The translations under genes and the position numbers were made by a program. Positions 20,081 through 30,106 of a stretch of DNA of 64,000 nt are shown in pieces. The notes beneath the pieces are model-generated. The model searched no databases. It was not told the origin of the DNA and worked only from the letters and a program-made list of their open reading frames with translations. Source of the DNA: an uncultured Acidobacteriota bacterium (GTDB lineage Bacteria > Acidobacteriota > UBA6911). Location: NCBI GenBank assembly GCA_963809485.1, contig CAWEJX010000006.1:288001-352000 (forward strand), given 5' to 3'. Within the stretch, counting starts at the first letter, position 1. Each line of letters opens with the position of its first letter.

Positions 20081-21175
20081 ATGAGCAAGTTGGCAAATGC
20101 TGCAGTCGTGCGGGAAGTCGGCGGGCCGTACTCCATCGAGGCGGTCGAACTCGACGATCTGCGCACCAATGAGGTCTATGTGCGTGTGGAGGCGGCCGGG
20201 GTATGCCATACCGACGCCAACATGCAGGTCATGGTTCCGATGCCGGCGGTGCTCGGCCACGAAGGCGCGGGGGTCGTGGAAGAGGTCGGGGCCGGTGTCG
20301 ATTACGTCAAGCCCGGAGACCGGGTGATCATCTCCTGGCCGGCCTGCGGCGTTTGCCCCAACTGCTTGACAGGCAAACGCTACATCTGCGACAACGCTTT
20401 CTCCCTGCTTTTCGGCGGCCGAAGACCGGACGGCTCCCGGACGATCAGGCTTGGCGGCGCCTGGATCTCGGGTTCCTGGTTCCAGCAGTCCTCGTTTGCC
20501 ACCTCCTCTCTGTGCCCGGCCGAGTCGCTCGTCAAGGTCGGAGATGACGTGCCGCCGGAGATCCTGGCTGCTCTTCCGTGCGGCGCGATGACGGGCGCCG
20601 GCGCGGTAGTCAGCGCCCTGCAGGTTGGTCCTCAGGACGGCCTGCTGGTCCTCGGCGGGGGAGGAGTGGGGCTGAGCGCGGTCATGGCTGCGCGCATGGC
20701 CGGCGCCTACCCCATCATCACAGTGGATGTGAACGAGGAACGCCTGGCCCTCGCCCTCGAGCTTGGGTCCACTCATGGGATCAACGCCGGGAAGGAGGAT
20801 GCAGCGGCGCGGGTGCAGGAGATCAGCCCGGGCGGGGTGAGGTACGCCTTCGACAGTTCCGGAGTGGTCTCCAGCTGGAATGTCGCCGCCCTGAGCGTGC
20901 GCGCCGGCGGTACCTTCGGGGTCTGCGCCGCCGCAAGCCAGGAGACCCTCGGGGGGAGCCCGCACATAACCCTGTCCAAGGGCATGCGCATACAGTTCAT
21001 CATGGGAGGCTCGGTCGTTCCCCGGTTGTTCCTGCCCAAGATGATCGAGTGGTACAAGCAGGGACGGTTCCCTGTCGATAAGCTGATCAAGACCTTCCCG
21101 TTTTCGCAGATCAACGAGGCCTTCGCCGCAGCTCATCACGGCGCCGCGATAAAGCCGGTGCTGCTTATCGAGTAG
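20081..21175 (+). CDS. Zn-dependent (aryl-)alcohol dehydrogenase
   Basis: GVCHTD, GHEGAG, CGVCPNC...C, GGGGVG. Confidence 0.93.
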   Translation: MSKLANAAVVREVGGPYSIEAVELDDLRTNEVYVRVEAAGVCHTDANMQVMVPMPAVLGHEGAGVVEEVGAGVDYVKPGDRVIISWPACGVCPNCLTGKRYICDNAFSLLFGGRRPDGSRTIRLGGAWISGSWFQQSSFATSSLCPAESLVKVGDDVPPEILAALPCGAMTGAGAVVSALQVGPQDGLLVLGGGGVGLSAVMAARMAGAYPIITVDVNEERLALALELGSTHGINAGKEDAAARVQEISPGGVRYAFDSSGVVSSWNVAALSVRAGGTFGVCAAASQETLGGSPHITLSKGMRIQFIMGGSVVPRLFLPKMIEWYKQGRFPVDKLIKTFPFSQINEAFAAAHHGAAIKPVLLIE

Positions 21176-21286
21176 CGGTGCAGATCTTTTGTCGGCAGCC
21201 GGGTGAGGGCATGCAGGCAGCAGCGGCGGAGACCGGATCAGCAGCCGCATCCAGGTTTTTAAGGTTTCAGAATTGAGGAGGAATTG

Positions 21287-22882
21287 ATGTCGCACGCCAC
21301 AGTTGCCATCGAACCGCAGACTGCGCCCAAAAGCAAAACCTGGCTCGCGCTCGCAGCGATTTTCATCACGTATTTCGCCTCCAGCTATATCTTTCGCGGC
21401 TGGACGGTTGCAGCGCCGAGGATCGCGGCTGAACTGAACGGCATGAGCCTGTTTTCGTGGGCGATCTCACTGCCGGCCCTCGCCGCCGCTTTCGTAACGC
21501 TCATATTCGGGAAGCTGTCCGATATGTACGGGCGCCGCCCCATAATTGCGATTAGCTTGTTGGTCTATCTGGCCGGATCGGTCCTCTGTGCGGTCAGCGA
21601 GACATTCGTTTTCTTTATCGTGGCCCGCATAATCCTCGCCATGGGCCAGGGCGCCATTGCCCCGTTGTGCTTCTCCGTCGTGGGAGATCTGTTCCCGCCG
21701 GCCGAGCGAAGCAGATGGACCGGCTTGCTGCAGATTCCGGCGGGTATTGCGGCCGTGCTCATCCCGACATTTGTGGGAGTCCTCACAGACAGGCTGAGCT
21801 GGCGCCACTACTTCTGGATAGCGCTGGCGCTCGCTTTGATCGGCGCGATTTTCGTGCTTGTTGGAGTGCCGCCGCAAACCAAAAAGGTTCAGCACAGGAT
21901 CGATTTCTTCGGCTCCTGTCTGCTTGCGGTCGCCTCTTCGACAACAATCCTGGCGTTTTCCTGGGCCGGGAGCGCCTATGCCTGGTCCTCGATGCGGATC
22001 CTGGGCCTGCTGACTGTTTCTTTGATCTTCTGGGCTCTATTCATCAGGGTCGAGCATAAGGCCGCTGAACCCATGCTAGCGCCCCAGGTTTTGGTCAACC
22101 GCACCTTTCTCACAGCCGCCGGCGCGGCTTTCTTTTCAGCTTTTGGTTTGATCGGAGTCTCGGTGTACTACCTGCTTTTCCTGCAGGGCGTCCAGGGTAC
22201 CAGCGCCACATTGAGCGGACAGATCATCACTCCCTTCAGCGTTCTCATGGCATTTGTCGGCGTCCCCACGGGATACCTGCTCGCCTGGAAGAAGCGTTTC
22301 AGGGCGCTGTACATCGCGGGCTACGGCACCCTGACTGTGGTAATGATTGCGGTCGTTTTCTTCGATGCCCGCACGCCGCTCTGGCTGGGAGTTGTGGTCA
22401 CCTCGATTGCCGGGCTGGGCATTGGCGCCATTCCGACGATGAATACGCTCCTGGCGCAGTTCGCCTTTCCCAAAAAGCTGCTGGGTGTCGCCGTGGCGGC
22501 GATGTTTTTTGTGGTCTTTCTGTCTCAGGCGGTCTCCCCTGCCGTTCTGGGCTCGGCCATGAACGCGAGCTACTCAAAGAAGCTGCAAACGTCGCTGCCA
22601 TCCGAACTGAACCGGATTGCGGACAAAGAGACACTGGCCGCTCTTGCGGATCCCCGGGTGCTTCTGTCGGATCAAGCAATGAAATCTCTGCGCAACGATT
22701 TCAAGGAAATTGAGGGTGAAGGAGAGGTTTTGTTCCAGAGGACCGTTCAGGCAATCCGTGACTCTCTTGAAGCGAGCCTTAGGACGATTTTCGTGATCGG
22801 GGCGGTGGCGATGCTGATCTCTTTCCTCCTCGTCGTTACTATTCCGGAGGTGTCGATGGAAGTAAAACCCGAGGACCGGTAG
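21287..22882 (+). CDS. MFS transporter (DHA2-like)
   Basis: GKLSDMYGRR, DLFPPAER, about 14 TM. Confidence 0.92.
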   Translation: MSHATVAIEPQTAPKSKTWLALAAIFITYFASSYIFRGWTVAAPRIAAELNGMSLFSWAISLPALAAAFVTLIFGKLSDMYGRRPIIAISLLVYLAGSVLCAVSETFVFFIVARIILAMGQGAIAPLCFSVVGDLFPPAERSRWTGLLQIPAGIAAVLIPTFVGVLTDRLSWRHYFWIALALALIGAIFVLVGVPPQTKKVQHRIDFFGSCLLAVASSTTILAFSWAGSAYAWSSMRILGLLTVSLIFWALFIRVEHKAAEPMLAPQVLVNRTFLTAAGAAFFSAFGLIGVSVYYLLFLQGVQGTSATLSGQIITPFSVLMAFVGVPTGYLLAWKKRFRALYIAGYGTLTVVMIAVVFFDARTPLWLGVVVTSIAGLGIGAIPTMNTLLAQFAFPKKLLGVAVAAMFFVVFLSQAVSPAVLGSAMNASYSKKLQTSLPSELNRIADKETLAALADPRVLLSDQAMKSLRNDFKEIEGEGEVLFQRTVQAIRDSLEASLRTIFVIGAVAMLISFLLVVTIPEVSMEVKPEDR

Positions 22883-23035
22883 CCCCGGGTTCCACCAAAG
22901 ATGAACACCAAAGATGAAGACACTCACTGTGCGGGGCAGCTCAAACGACCGCTGCATACAGCCATCGTAATTCCTTGTTGGGACCTATTATCGAGCCCAT
23001 CCTGCTTTCCTAACCATACATAAAGGGAGCACACG

Positions 23036-23310
23036 ATGAAAACGGAAATTGAGTTTTGAGGCAGACGTCGGACCGGTTCAAGGAGGGCTTTGACCGCATC
23101 CTGAGGGCTGTGGGCCAGCTTGACGAACGGCAGATGTGGGTGCGGCCTTCAACGGAATCCAATAGCGCCGGCATCATTCTTCAGCCCCTGATCGGCAACC
23201 TGAACCAATGGATCTGCGCAGGGCTTGGAGGAACTGAGTTCAAACGGAATCGTCCGGAAGAGTTCAAGGACGATCGGCACGCCTCAAAAGATGAGATCGT
23301 TCGGGGATAG
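23036..23310 (+). pseudogene. DinB/DUF1572-like fragment
   Basis: QLDERQMWVRPSTESNSAG...GNLNQWI...RNRPEEF; frameshift near the start, truncated. Confidence 0.7.
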
Positions 23311-23383
23311 GATGCCTTACGGCATTGGCGACAAATGGGCCGGTCCTCTGTGCAAACAGAGGAGCTGCAACTGTCTTTTGTTG

Positions 23384-23926
23384 CTACTCGAGAATCTGCT
23401 CCAATCGGCTGAGGTAATTTTCGTTTGTCAGATTTGAGAATTCGGCAAGCCAATGCCGGATATATGAGAGTTCCGCGCTGGGATTCTTCAGGAGAATGAT
23501 TCTGGCATCCTCAATATCTCTTGCTCGCCCGGCGATGAGTTTGTGGATAAGAAGATCTTCCAATGAGGCGAAGCATACATCTGTGTCGCCGATGCGCACC
23601 ATGCGCGAGCGGCTTATGGCCAACTGTTCAAAAGGACTGAACGAAAATATCATATCCACTCGGATTCCAGTCTCCGGATCAGAACAGGGCAACACCATCG
23701 TTTCACGCGTGAATTTTTCAGGATCGACTAAGGGAATTACTTTCATGCTGTCCAGAGCAGCAAGCACGTCCGGCAGGCGTGTGAGATCTGCGCCCAAGGT
23801 TATGTCTATATCTTTGGTGAGTCGTGGCTCGCCGTATAACAGGACCGCCTGTCCCCCGATAACCATATAGGGAATTCCGGCAGTCCTTAAACTTTGGGCG
23901 ATGCGTTCAAGCAGTTTTTCGAACAT
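23384..23926 (-). CDS. nucleotidyltransferase (DUF6036/AbiEii-like)
   Basis: YMVIGGQAV, PRLTKDIDI, EDLLIHKLIAGRARDIED. Confidence 0.85.
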   Translation of the reverse strand: MFEKLLERIAQSLRTAGIPYMVIGGQAVLLYGEPRLTKDIDITLGADLTRLPDVLAALDSMKVIPLVDPEKFTRETMVLPCSDPETGIRVDMIFSFSPFEQLAISRSRMVRIGDTDVCFASLEDLLIHKLIAGRARDIEDARIILLKNPSAELSYIRHWLAEFSNLTNENYLSRLEQILE

Positions 23927-24113
23927 TAACTACCCGGGCAAGATGAATATCGGAATCGATGCCGTCAAGGGGATCCTTGAGAGGAAGAACACCAAGCGAG
24001 AGCGCTTCCTGATACATGGCTGCAAAAACTTGCAGGTTCCGATGATAATCCGGAATGCTCCGTTTTGCGACCGCGTTTTCAAATGAAATGATGGCAGGAT
24101 GATCCATGATCAT
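23907..24113 (-). CDS. small partner protein, possible antitoxin
   Basis: overlaps the nucleotidyltransferase start in a two-gene layout. Confidence 0.6.
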   Translation of the reverse strand: MIMDHPAIISFENAVAKRSIPDYHRNLQVFAAMYQEALSLGVLPLKDPLDGIDSDIHLARVVNVRKTA

Positions 24114-24163
24114 AGTTTTTCTCACCTTTAATCATACCGCCCTTTAAGCTGCTATCAAAACGA

Positions 24164-24368
24164 GATAAATCGGATAAATCGTTAAATCGTGGTAAATCGG
24201 GACACCCACGAGGGGTTAAATCGGGTTAAATCGTGGACACCCACGAGGGGTTAAATTGGGGACACCCGTATAAATCGTGGACACCCGTATAAATCGTGGA
24301 CACCCACGTGTAAATCGGGGACACCCGTCGAATGTCCCCCGTCGAATGTCCCATTGAATCGCTGTCCG
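24164..24368. repeat. stuttered tandem array of TAAATCG-GGACACCC units with inverted TGTCC(C) copies
   Basis: about 10 TAAAT(C/T)G and 6 GGACACCC copies, then 3 TGTCC. Confidence 0.9.
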
Positions 24369-24832
24369 GTTAAGGACGGGGTGAGGTGCTGTAACTTGTT
24401 ATTATCTTTGATAATGTGAGGAAATAGGCTAATAACCGATTTGAAAGGAGATTGAGGAACTCGGAAGGAGTTCGGACACCCAATCATCGCCCAATTATCG
24501 GAGACTGGGAGTTGGGGTTTGAAGCCCAAAAAAGTCTATGCACTACGACCGTCAATGTAATTGACGTTGATCACTCTTTACCGTCTCTTTAATAATCATG
24601 GGCAATTTCGCGTAACCACACGGCCCGTAATGCAAATTTTGCATCGCTTGAGGCGCATTGTGCAAAAAGTGCGTGCCCAAATTCCCCCAAATCCCCATTT
24701 TCCTTGGAAATCATGGGGAAATGAACTGGCATGCATATTGCCTACATTATGGCTGCGTGCAGTTCATTAGGGGCCGCAAGGCAACATGCCTCCGGGGAGT
24801 CCCGGACGGTGCAACAAAGAAAAGAAGTAAAT

Positions 24833-25162
24833 ATGTTCAGAAAAACACTTGGTATTACTGCTGCGGCTGTTATCGCTTTGGGGATGCTGACTGTCGGACC
24901 GGTGTCGGCTGCGCAGGCTTCAGCGCCTTGCGCTGTGCCTGGAGAAGGGCCCCGTGATGGCAGCGGCCAGGGACAGGGGCTTCGCGACGGCAAGGGCAAC
25001 GGGCCGCGCAACGGTCAGGGGTATGGTCCGAGACGCGGCCAGGCTCAGGGCTTGCGAAACGGCAGCGGCCAGGGCCAGGCAATGAAACAAGGGCGTGGTC
25101 GAATGCTTCGCGACGGCAGCTGCGTAAATCGGGGCCTGCAGCCCGGCGCGGGAAAGCCATAA
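24833..25162 (+). CDS. secreted Gly-rich repeat protein
   Basis: signal peptide; repeats RDGSGQGQG, RDGKGNG, RNGQGYG, RNGSGQG. Confidence 0.75.
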   Translation: MFRKTLGITAAAVIALGMLTVGPVSAAQASAPCAVPGEGPRDGSGQGQGLRDGKGNGPRNGQGYGPRRGQAQGLRNGSGQGQAMKQGRGRMLRDGSCVNRGLQPGAGKP

Positions 25163-25213
25163 ATCAGTAAGCCGTGCTCAAACTGCGGAGTATTGAGTTG
25201 GCGATCTTAAATG

Positions 25214-25250
25214 ACCGGCAGGGAACAGACGCCGTCTGTTCTTTGCCGGT
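25214..25250. terminator. stem-loop between convergent genes
   Basis: ACCGGCAGGGAACAGAC-GCC-GTCTGTTCTTTGCCGGT. Confidence 0.7.
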
Positions 25251-25289
25251 AAATTTTCCTTCCCCTGCATGTCCCATGCTGGTTCCATC

Positions 25290-25593
25290 TTACCAGCGGT
25301 CACGGCGAACAAGCTCCTGAAGCGGGCGCCTTTTCTTCGGGCCCGGAGCGTCGGCCGCGTAGCCGCGGGGCGTGAAGGCTAAGGGAATGACATCGGGCGG
25401 CAAGCCCAGCACCTCGCGCGCGGCCTTGGGATCGAACGCGGCGATCCAGCGGGTTCCCAATTCTTCGTCGGCCGCAGCCAGGACCATGTGCGTCATGGCA
25501 ATGGCCTCATCAACCTCCCCCGCATTCCAGTTGTCGTAGTTCCGCACCCAGCTTTCGCCTGTGACGACGCAAACCGCGAGGACAGGCGGCGCC
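25290..25593 (-). pseudogene. 3' half of nitroreductase (duplicate of 29566-29869)
   Basis: close nucleotide match; GTRWI replaces GTCWI; no 5' half. Confidence 0.9.
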
Positions 25594-25650
25594 GGGGTGA
25601 ACTGCGGGCTGTGGATCGCTGAAGCAATTCACGGCCGGCTTCTGTCCGGC

Positions 25651-27786
25651 CTACATGTTAAATCTAAGGCCGCCTCGATACGTGCGGCCTGCGGATGGAA
25701 ACAGGTATAGTGTCTCGTAGTACCTGTTCAGCATGTTTTCAACCGCAAAATAAACGCTGAATCCGCCGGGAAGTCTCTGGCTGATCTTCGCGTTCAACAG
25801 CACATAACTGCCCAGTTCTCCCTTTGTCGCCAGCAACACTCTGTTGTCGGCCGGATTGTAGTGGTCGTAATAGGTCGCTCTCGAGAAATAGGCGCCATAA
25901 AGATTTGCTTCGAGACCAACAGGGAATCTTTGTCTGAACTCGAAATCAATCTGGTGAGAGGGACGATAGGGAAGCTCTTCCGGGCGATACTCGAGGGCGG
26001 ACCAGTACTGATTTGTAATCGTAACTAGAGAATCGGCCCGCGCTCTAAGAAACGTGTAAGCGAGGTAGGCGTCCGTGGAATCCGTAAGGCGGCCGCTCGC
26101 GGTCAATTCAAACCCGGCAATGGATGCTTCAGGGTACTGCTCAAACCGCCCGATCTGATTGTCGAGGCTGATCATATTCTTGATATCGTTGTAGAAAAAA
26201 GACCCGCCCAGCTTCCATTTGTCGTTCACATCGACGCTGGATCCGACTTCCACGCTGATGTTGCTCTCTTCTTCCAGATCCGGATTGCCCAGGGGGCCTA
26301 CCGTCCCATCCGCATACAGGTTCCGCATGGTCGGGAAACGCATTTTGCGCCCGACGGACCCGTACAAGCTCACGCGGGCTGAGGCCGCGAAGCGCAATCC
26401 GATCTGAGGGCTAATGGAATTGATGTCTTCTCCCGGCTCCAGGTCGGCGGAATCCTGAAATCTTTCGCGCTTATCCAGGTAATCGAAGCTGACGCCCGGC
26501 GTCATAGTGAGTTTGTTGCTCAGCTGGATCTCATCCTCAATTCCGACGGACCACGTGTCGGAAGAGAGGCGATCTGTCGGAGAGTCGGCGAAGGTGCTCT
26601 GATGGACATCCCGCCGGAAATTAAAGGAAGCCCGCAGCTCATTCCTGGGGATTCCCTTCCAAAAGGCATAGCCGCTGAATCCAAAGTCATAGTCGTCGTA
26701 AAGCGAGCTTCCCGACGCCGGGCCGATGCGGTCCTGGGTGGTATAGCTGGGATCGTCGTAAGCGTCGAGAAGGTTGTCGTATTTATCGTAATAAAATCGG
26801 CCTTTGACGGTCAGGCTGTCCGAAACCCGGCTTTCCTCGAGCACATTAAACATCGTTCGGTCCCAGTCCGTGAAGCGCCAGTATCGGGGGAAGTAGTAGA
26901 ATCCTTTCTTGTGCTCGCGATAGACCGAAGCGGGCGGGACGCCGTACTTATTGTTATAATGCTCGAAGGATACCCCGAGAGTGTTCTTCGAATTGAGCTC
27001 CACGGTCGAAGTAAGAGTGAATGCTGTGCGCGAATAGTCGCCGTTGTCGCGGCTCCCCGAATCGGGTGCGAACGGGACATTGGGCAGGGAGGGAGGATTG
27101 GCGGGCGACGCTTTCATGCTGTTGAGAACGGATTCCGGAAGCGTAAAGTTTCGGGCAAGCGGGTAGCCATTGCTTTCGCGATGGCCAAAAGCGGCAAAGT
27201 AGCTGAAAGGGCCCCTTTTCCACCCGTGCCCTACCTGAATGTTATGGGTCGCGTATTGGCTGCCCTCATATTGAGCGGAAAGGCTCGGTTGTTCCTCGCC
27301 GTGCCTGGTTATAATGTTGATAACGCCGCCCATTCCGTTCGCGCCGTACAAAACGGAGCTGAGCCCTTTGGTCAACGTAATCTTGGCAATGTTCTGCACC
27401 GGAATATCGCCCAGATTAATCTGTCCCTCATAAGGGATGGAAACAGGGATGCCGTCCATGAGGATCAGCACCTTCTCCTGCTCGAATCCCCGCACGGTTA
27501 CCTGCTCTTCAAGTTTGGACCGACCTACGCGGAAATGCACACCCGGCAACAGTTCCAAAGCCTCCCCGAGGTTGTTGACCGTGCGGGCCTGGATCTGTTC
27601 GGCCGTTATTTCGGCAATGGTCGTGGGGCTTTCCTGGGGCTCCAGTTCTGCCGTCACGGTAACGACTTCAAATAAATGGATAATAGGATTTTTCTTCTCT
27701 TCTTCCGCGGGCTGCTGCGCATATGCCCACGCACAACAGGCGAATAGCGACACAAGAAACACGTTTATTCCTGTAGTTTTTCTCAT
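25651..27786 (-). CDS. TonB-dependent receptor
   Basis: EVVTVTA TonB box, plug VRGF...LMDGIP...SVLYGANGMGGVINIIT, GNPDL, GRTYRGGLRFNM end. Confidence 0.95.
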   Translation of the reverse strand: MRKTTGINVFLVSLFACCAWAYAQQPAEEEKKNPIIHLFEVVTVTAELEPQESPTTIAEITAEQIQARTVNNLGEALELLPGVHFRVGRSKLEEQVTVRGFEQEKVLILMDGIPVSIPYEGQINLGDIPVQNIAKITLTKGLSSVLYGANGMGGVINIITRHGEEQPSLSAQYEGSQYATHNIQVGHGWKRGPFSYFAAFGHRESNGYPLARNFTLPESVLNSMKASPANPPSLPNVPFAPDSGSRDNGDYSRTAFTLTSTVELNSKNTLGVSFEHYNNKYGVPPASVYREHKKGFYYFPRYWRFTDWDRTMFNVLEESRVSDSLTVKGRFYYDKYDNLLDAYDDPSYTTQDRIGPASGSSLYDDYDFGFSGYAFWKGIPRNELRASFNFRRDVHQSTFADSPTDRLSSDTWSVGIEDEIQLSNKLTMTPGVSFDYLDKRERFQDSADLEPGEDINSISPQIGLRFAASARVSLYGSVGRKMRFPTMRNLYADGTVGPLGNPDLEEESNISVEVGSSVDVNDKWKLGGSFFYNDIKNMISLDNQIGRFEQYPEASIAGFELTASGRLTDSTDAYLAYTFLRARADSLVTITNQYWSALEYRPEELPYRPSHQIDFEFRQRFPVGLEANLYGAYFSRATYYDHYNPADNRVLLATKGELGSYVLLNAKISQRLPGGFSVYFAVENMLNRYYETLYLFPSAGRTYRGGLRFNM

Positions 27787-27811
27787 ATAAGCTCCCTAGC
27801 CTTGGATTTGC

Positions 27812-28834
27812 CTATCTCACTTCGATTTTCTTGATGCGTTTGACAGAACGGCCGCCGGTACTGTCCTCACCCGTGATGGACATGGCGAATCCATCCTCCG
27901 ACGACAGTGGTTTCCCGTCTTTCATTGTGGCAATGACAACCTGATCACCCAGACGCGAATTGAAAAGCTCGCCAAAGGAGTAAGTCGCACAATAGCCGTC
28001 ATCACTCGTTATCAGCACATAGCGGTTGTAGGGCGCAGGATCCGGTATGGTCAGAGTTTGTTTCAGCAGAGTGGACAAGGGCACGCCATCCAGGGAATGG
28101 ATGCCATGGAACCCCTCGCAGTCACCGATCAAAACCGCAGCAGGAACATGCACCGTGGGAAGAGCCTTGAGGTCGGCGGGTTTGAGCACGCGCTGCTTTC
28201 GATCGATCTGGTCGATCAGAGTGAACTCCGTACTTGGAGGCCGCACTTTATTGTTCGCCTTGTCTTCATATGCGAGGAGTTCGACGTCCGCGCGGGCGAC
28301 CCGTATTTCAGCGAGGTCGGCCATCATGCGGCCGTCGTGAATGTCCGTCGCCACGACCAGCGTCAGGGGGCATGATTTACCATCACGCTCATAGGCGATT
28401 AAAATGCTGCGCCCGATGCTGGAGTAAAAGATTTCACCGAACGAGAAGACGATTTCCCGGCCGCCTTTGTTCAGGACCAGGACAAATACTCCCGGTTCCC
28501 ATTTGCGCTTGTGTTTCATGCCGGCCTTGTAAAGGACATCCCTCAGCAGGACGCCGCGAAATGTCGTCTGAGTAACGCGTTCCTCATCCTTCCTGTCGCG
28601 CACCCGTTCCGGGATCACGGGCACGTCCCGGATGAGAAACGGCGGCATTGTCTTTATGTCTGCCGTGGATAGCGACAGTTCGTTCAATACTTCGCCTCTG
28701 ACGGTGACAGAGGCTTCCTGCGGCCAGGCTTCACTTGTTGCTAGGACTGCGATAACCAAAAGGTAGAATACGGTAGAGATCACCCAGCAGGCTTTCCGAG
28801 CCTGCGCACGATACAAATTGATTACAGAGGACAT
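27812..28834 (-). CDS. exported molybdopterin-dependent-oxidoreductase-like protein (two-domain)
   Basis: FRGVLLRDVL...FSFGEIF, and DGVPLSTLL...DDGYCATYSFGELF duplicated domains. Confidence 0.65.
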   Translation of the reverse strand: MSSVINLYRAQARKACWVISTVFYLLVIAVLATSEAWPQEASVTVRGEVLNELSLSTADIKTMPPFLIRDVPVIPERVRDRKDEERVTQTTFRGVLLRDVLYKAGMKHKRKWEPGVFVLVLNKGGREIVFSFGEIFYSSIGRSILIAYERDGKSCPLTLVVATDIHDGRMMADLAEIRVARADVELLAYEDKANNKVRPPSTEFTLIDQIDRKQRVLKPADLKALPTVHVPAAVLIGDCEGFHGIHSLDGVPLSTLLKQTLTIPDPAPYNRYVLITSDDGYCATYSFGELFNSRLGDQVVIATMKDGKPLSSEDGFAMSITGEDSTGGRSVKRIKKIEVR

Positions 28835-28840
28835 TGGACG

Positions 28841-28940
28841 CTCCCTGTGAGAATGCGGCAACCACATCGTTGCCGCCCTCTCAAGGGAGGTTTATCAGGC
28901 AGGTAGAATCTCCTGCAGAATGGTTCCCTCGGGGAGATGC
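28841..28940 (-). promoter_or_regulatory. structured 5' leader with RBS-sequestering hairpin
   Basis: on the minus strand CTCCCT-TGAGA-GCGGCAAC pairs with GTTGCCGC-TCTCA-AGGGAG, burying the SD. Confidence 0.5.
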
Positions 28941-29122
28941 AAGGACGCGGCTTGGCCGGCCTTCAGCATTTGCACGCCGTGCAACCGGTGCCGGGTTCAG
29001 GTTTTTCTTATATACTTCACCATGTTTAGCCTCGCCTGCGGATTCTAACATAGACAACCGGGTTCACAAATAGAATGCTTGTCGGCACTGAGAGGAGGCG
29101 GTCTTTGAGCCGGAAGCTGACG

Positions 29123-29445
29123 CTATTCTCCCAATTTTAAAATGTGTATCTCCTGAACAGCCTTGATGGCGCGATCGGAGAAGAAATCGGCACTGGGGAA
29201 TACGGAATAGCGTCCACCGTCCTGTTCCTGACCCTGGTCGATCAACAGGAACTCCGCCTGATCGTTGCGGTTGCACAATTCGCTATAGGCCAGAGCTATG
29301 CGATAGCCGTCTGCGCCGATTAGGACGAAGTATGCCGTCTTCATTATTTCGGACGTAGCTGGTATGTGCTGCTGCAGGATTGCTTTCAGCAGGTATCCGG
29401 AAAACATCTGGTATCCATGGAAGCCTTTGCCGCCGCCCGTTAAGC
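29123..29445 (-). pseudogene. C-terminal fragment of a second molybdopterin-oxidoreductase-like protein
   Basis: GKGFHG...FSGYLLKAIL...GADGYRIALAYSEL...DRAIKAVQEI resembles the C-domain of 27812..28834. Confidence 0.65.
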
Positions 29446-29565
29446 GCGCGATCCTGCGCCTGCTCTGCCATCCGGACAAAAATATTGCAGCCTCCCTGTC
29501 GAGAACCTCTTGTGCGCAGCATTGAAGCCTGTCGGCGCCGGCGCCTTCTTCACGCTGTTTCCATC

Positions 29566-30078
29566 TCACCAGCGGTCGCGGCGGACAAGCTCCGGAAGCG
29601 GACGCCTCTTCTTAGGTGCCAAAGCGTCGGCCGCGTAGCCGAGGGGCGTGAAGGCTGAGGGTATGACATCGGGCGGCAAACCCAGTACCTCGCGCGCGGC
29701 CTTGGGATCGAACGCGGCGATCCAGCAGGTCCCCAATCCCTCCTCGGCCGCAGCCAGGACGATGTGCGTCATGGCAATGGCCGCATCAACCTCTCCCGCG
29801 TTCCAGTTGTCGTAGTTCCGCACCCAGCTTTCGCCTGTGACGACGCAAACCGCGAGGACAAGCGGCGCCTGTGTGAACCATTCGCGCCCGTAAATCCGGC
29901 GCAGTTCCTCCTCGCGGCCTTTCGTGGAGAGGACAAGGATCCGGAAAGGCTGGCGATTGGCTGCCGTGGGCGCCAGCCGAGCCGCCTCGAGTATACGGGC
30001 CAGCTTTTCGTCTTCCACCCGATCGGGCTTGTACGCCCGGACACTGTATCTTATGCGGATCAGTTGCTGAAAATCCAT
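29566..30078 (-). CDS. nitroreductase family protein
   Basis: RYSVRAY, APTAANRQP, GLGTCWI. Confidence 0.95.
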   Translation of the reverse strand: MDFQQLIRIRYSVRAYKPDRVEDEKLARILEAARLAPTAANRQPFRILVLSTKGREEELRRIYGREWFTQAPLVLAVCVVTGESWVRNYDNWNAGEVDAAIAMTHIVLAAAEEGLGTCWIAAFDPKAAREVLGLPPDVIPSAFTPLGYAADALAPKKRRPLPELVRRDRW

Positions 30079-30106
30079 TGCCGACCTCCGCTGGCAGAAT
30101 CTTGAG

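Noticed and set aside
24164-24368. CRISPR array
   Set aside because: Units are irregular, there are no unique spacers, and no cas genes are present
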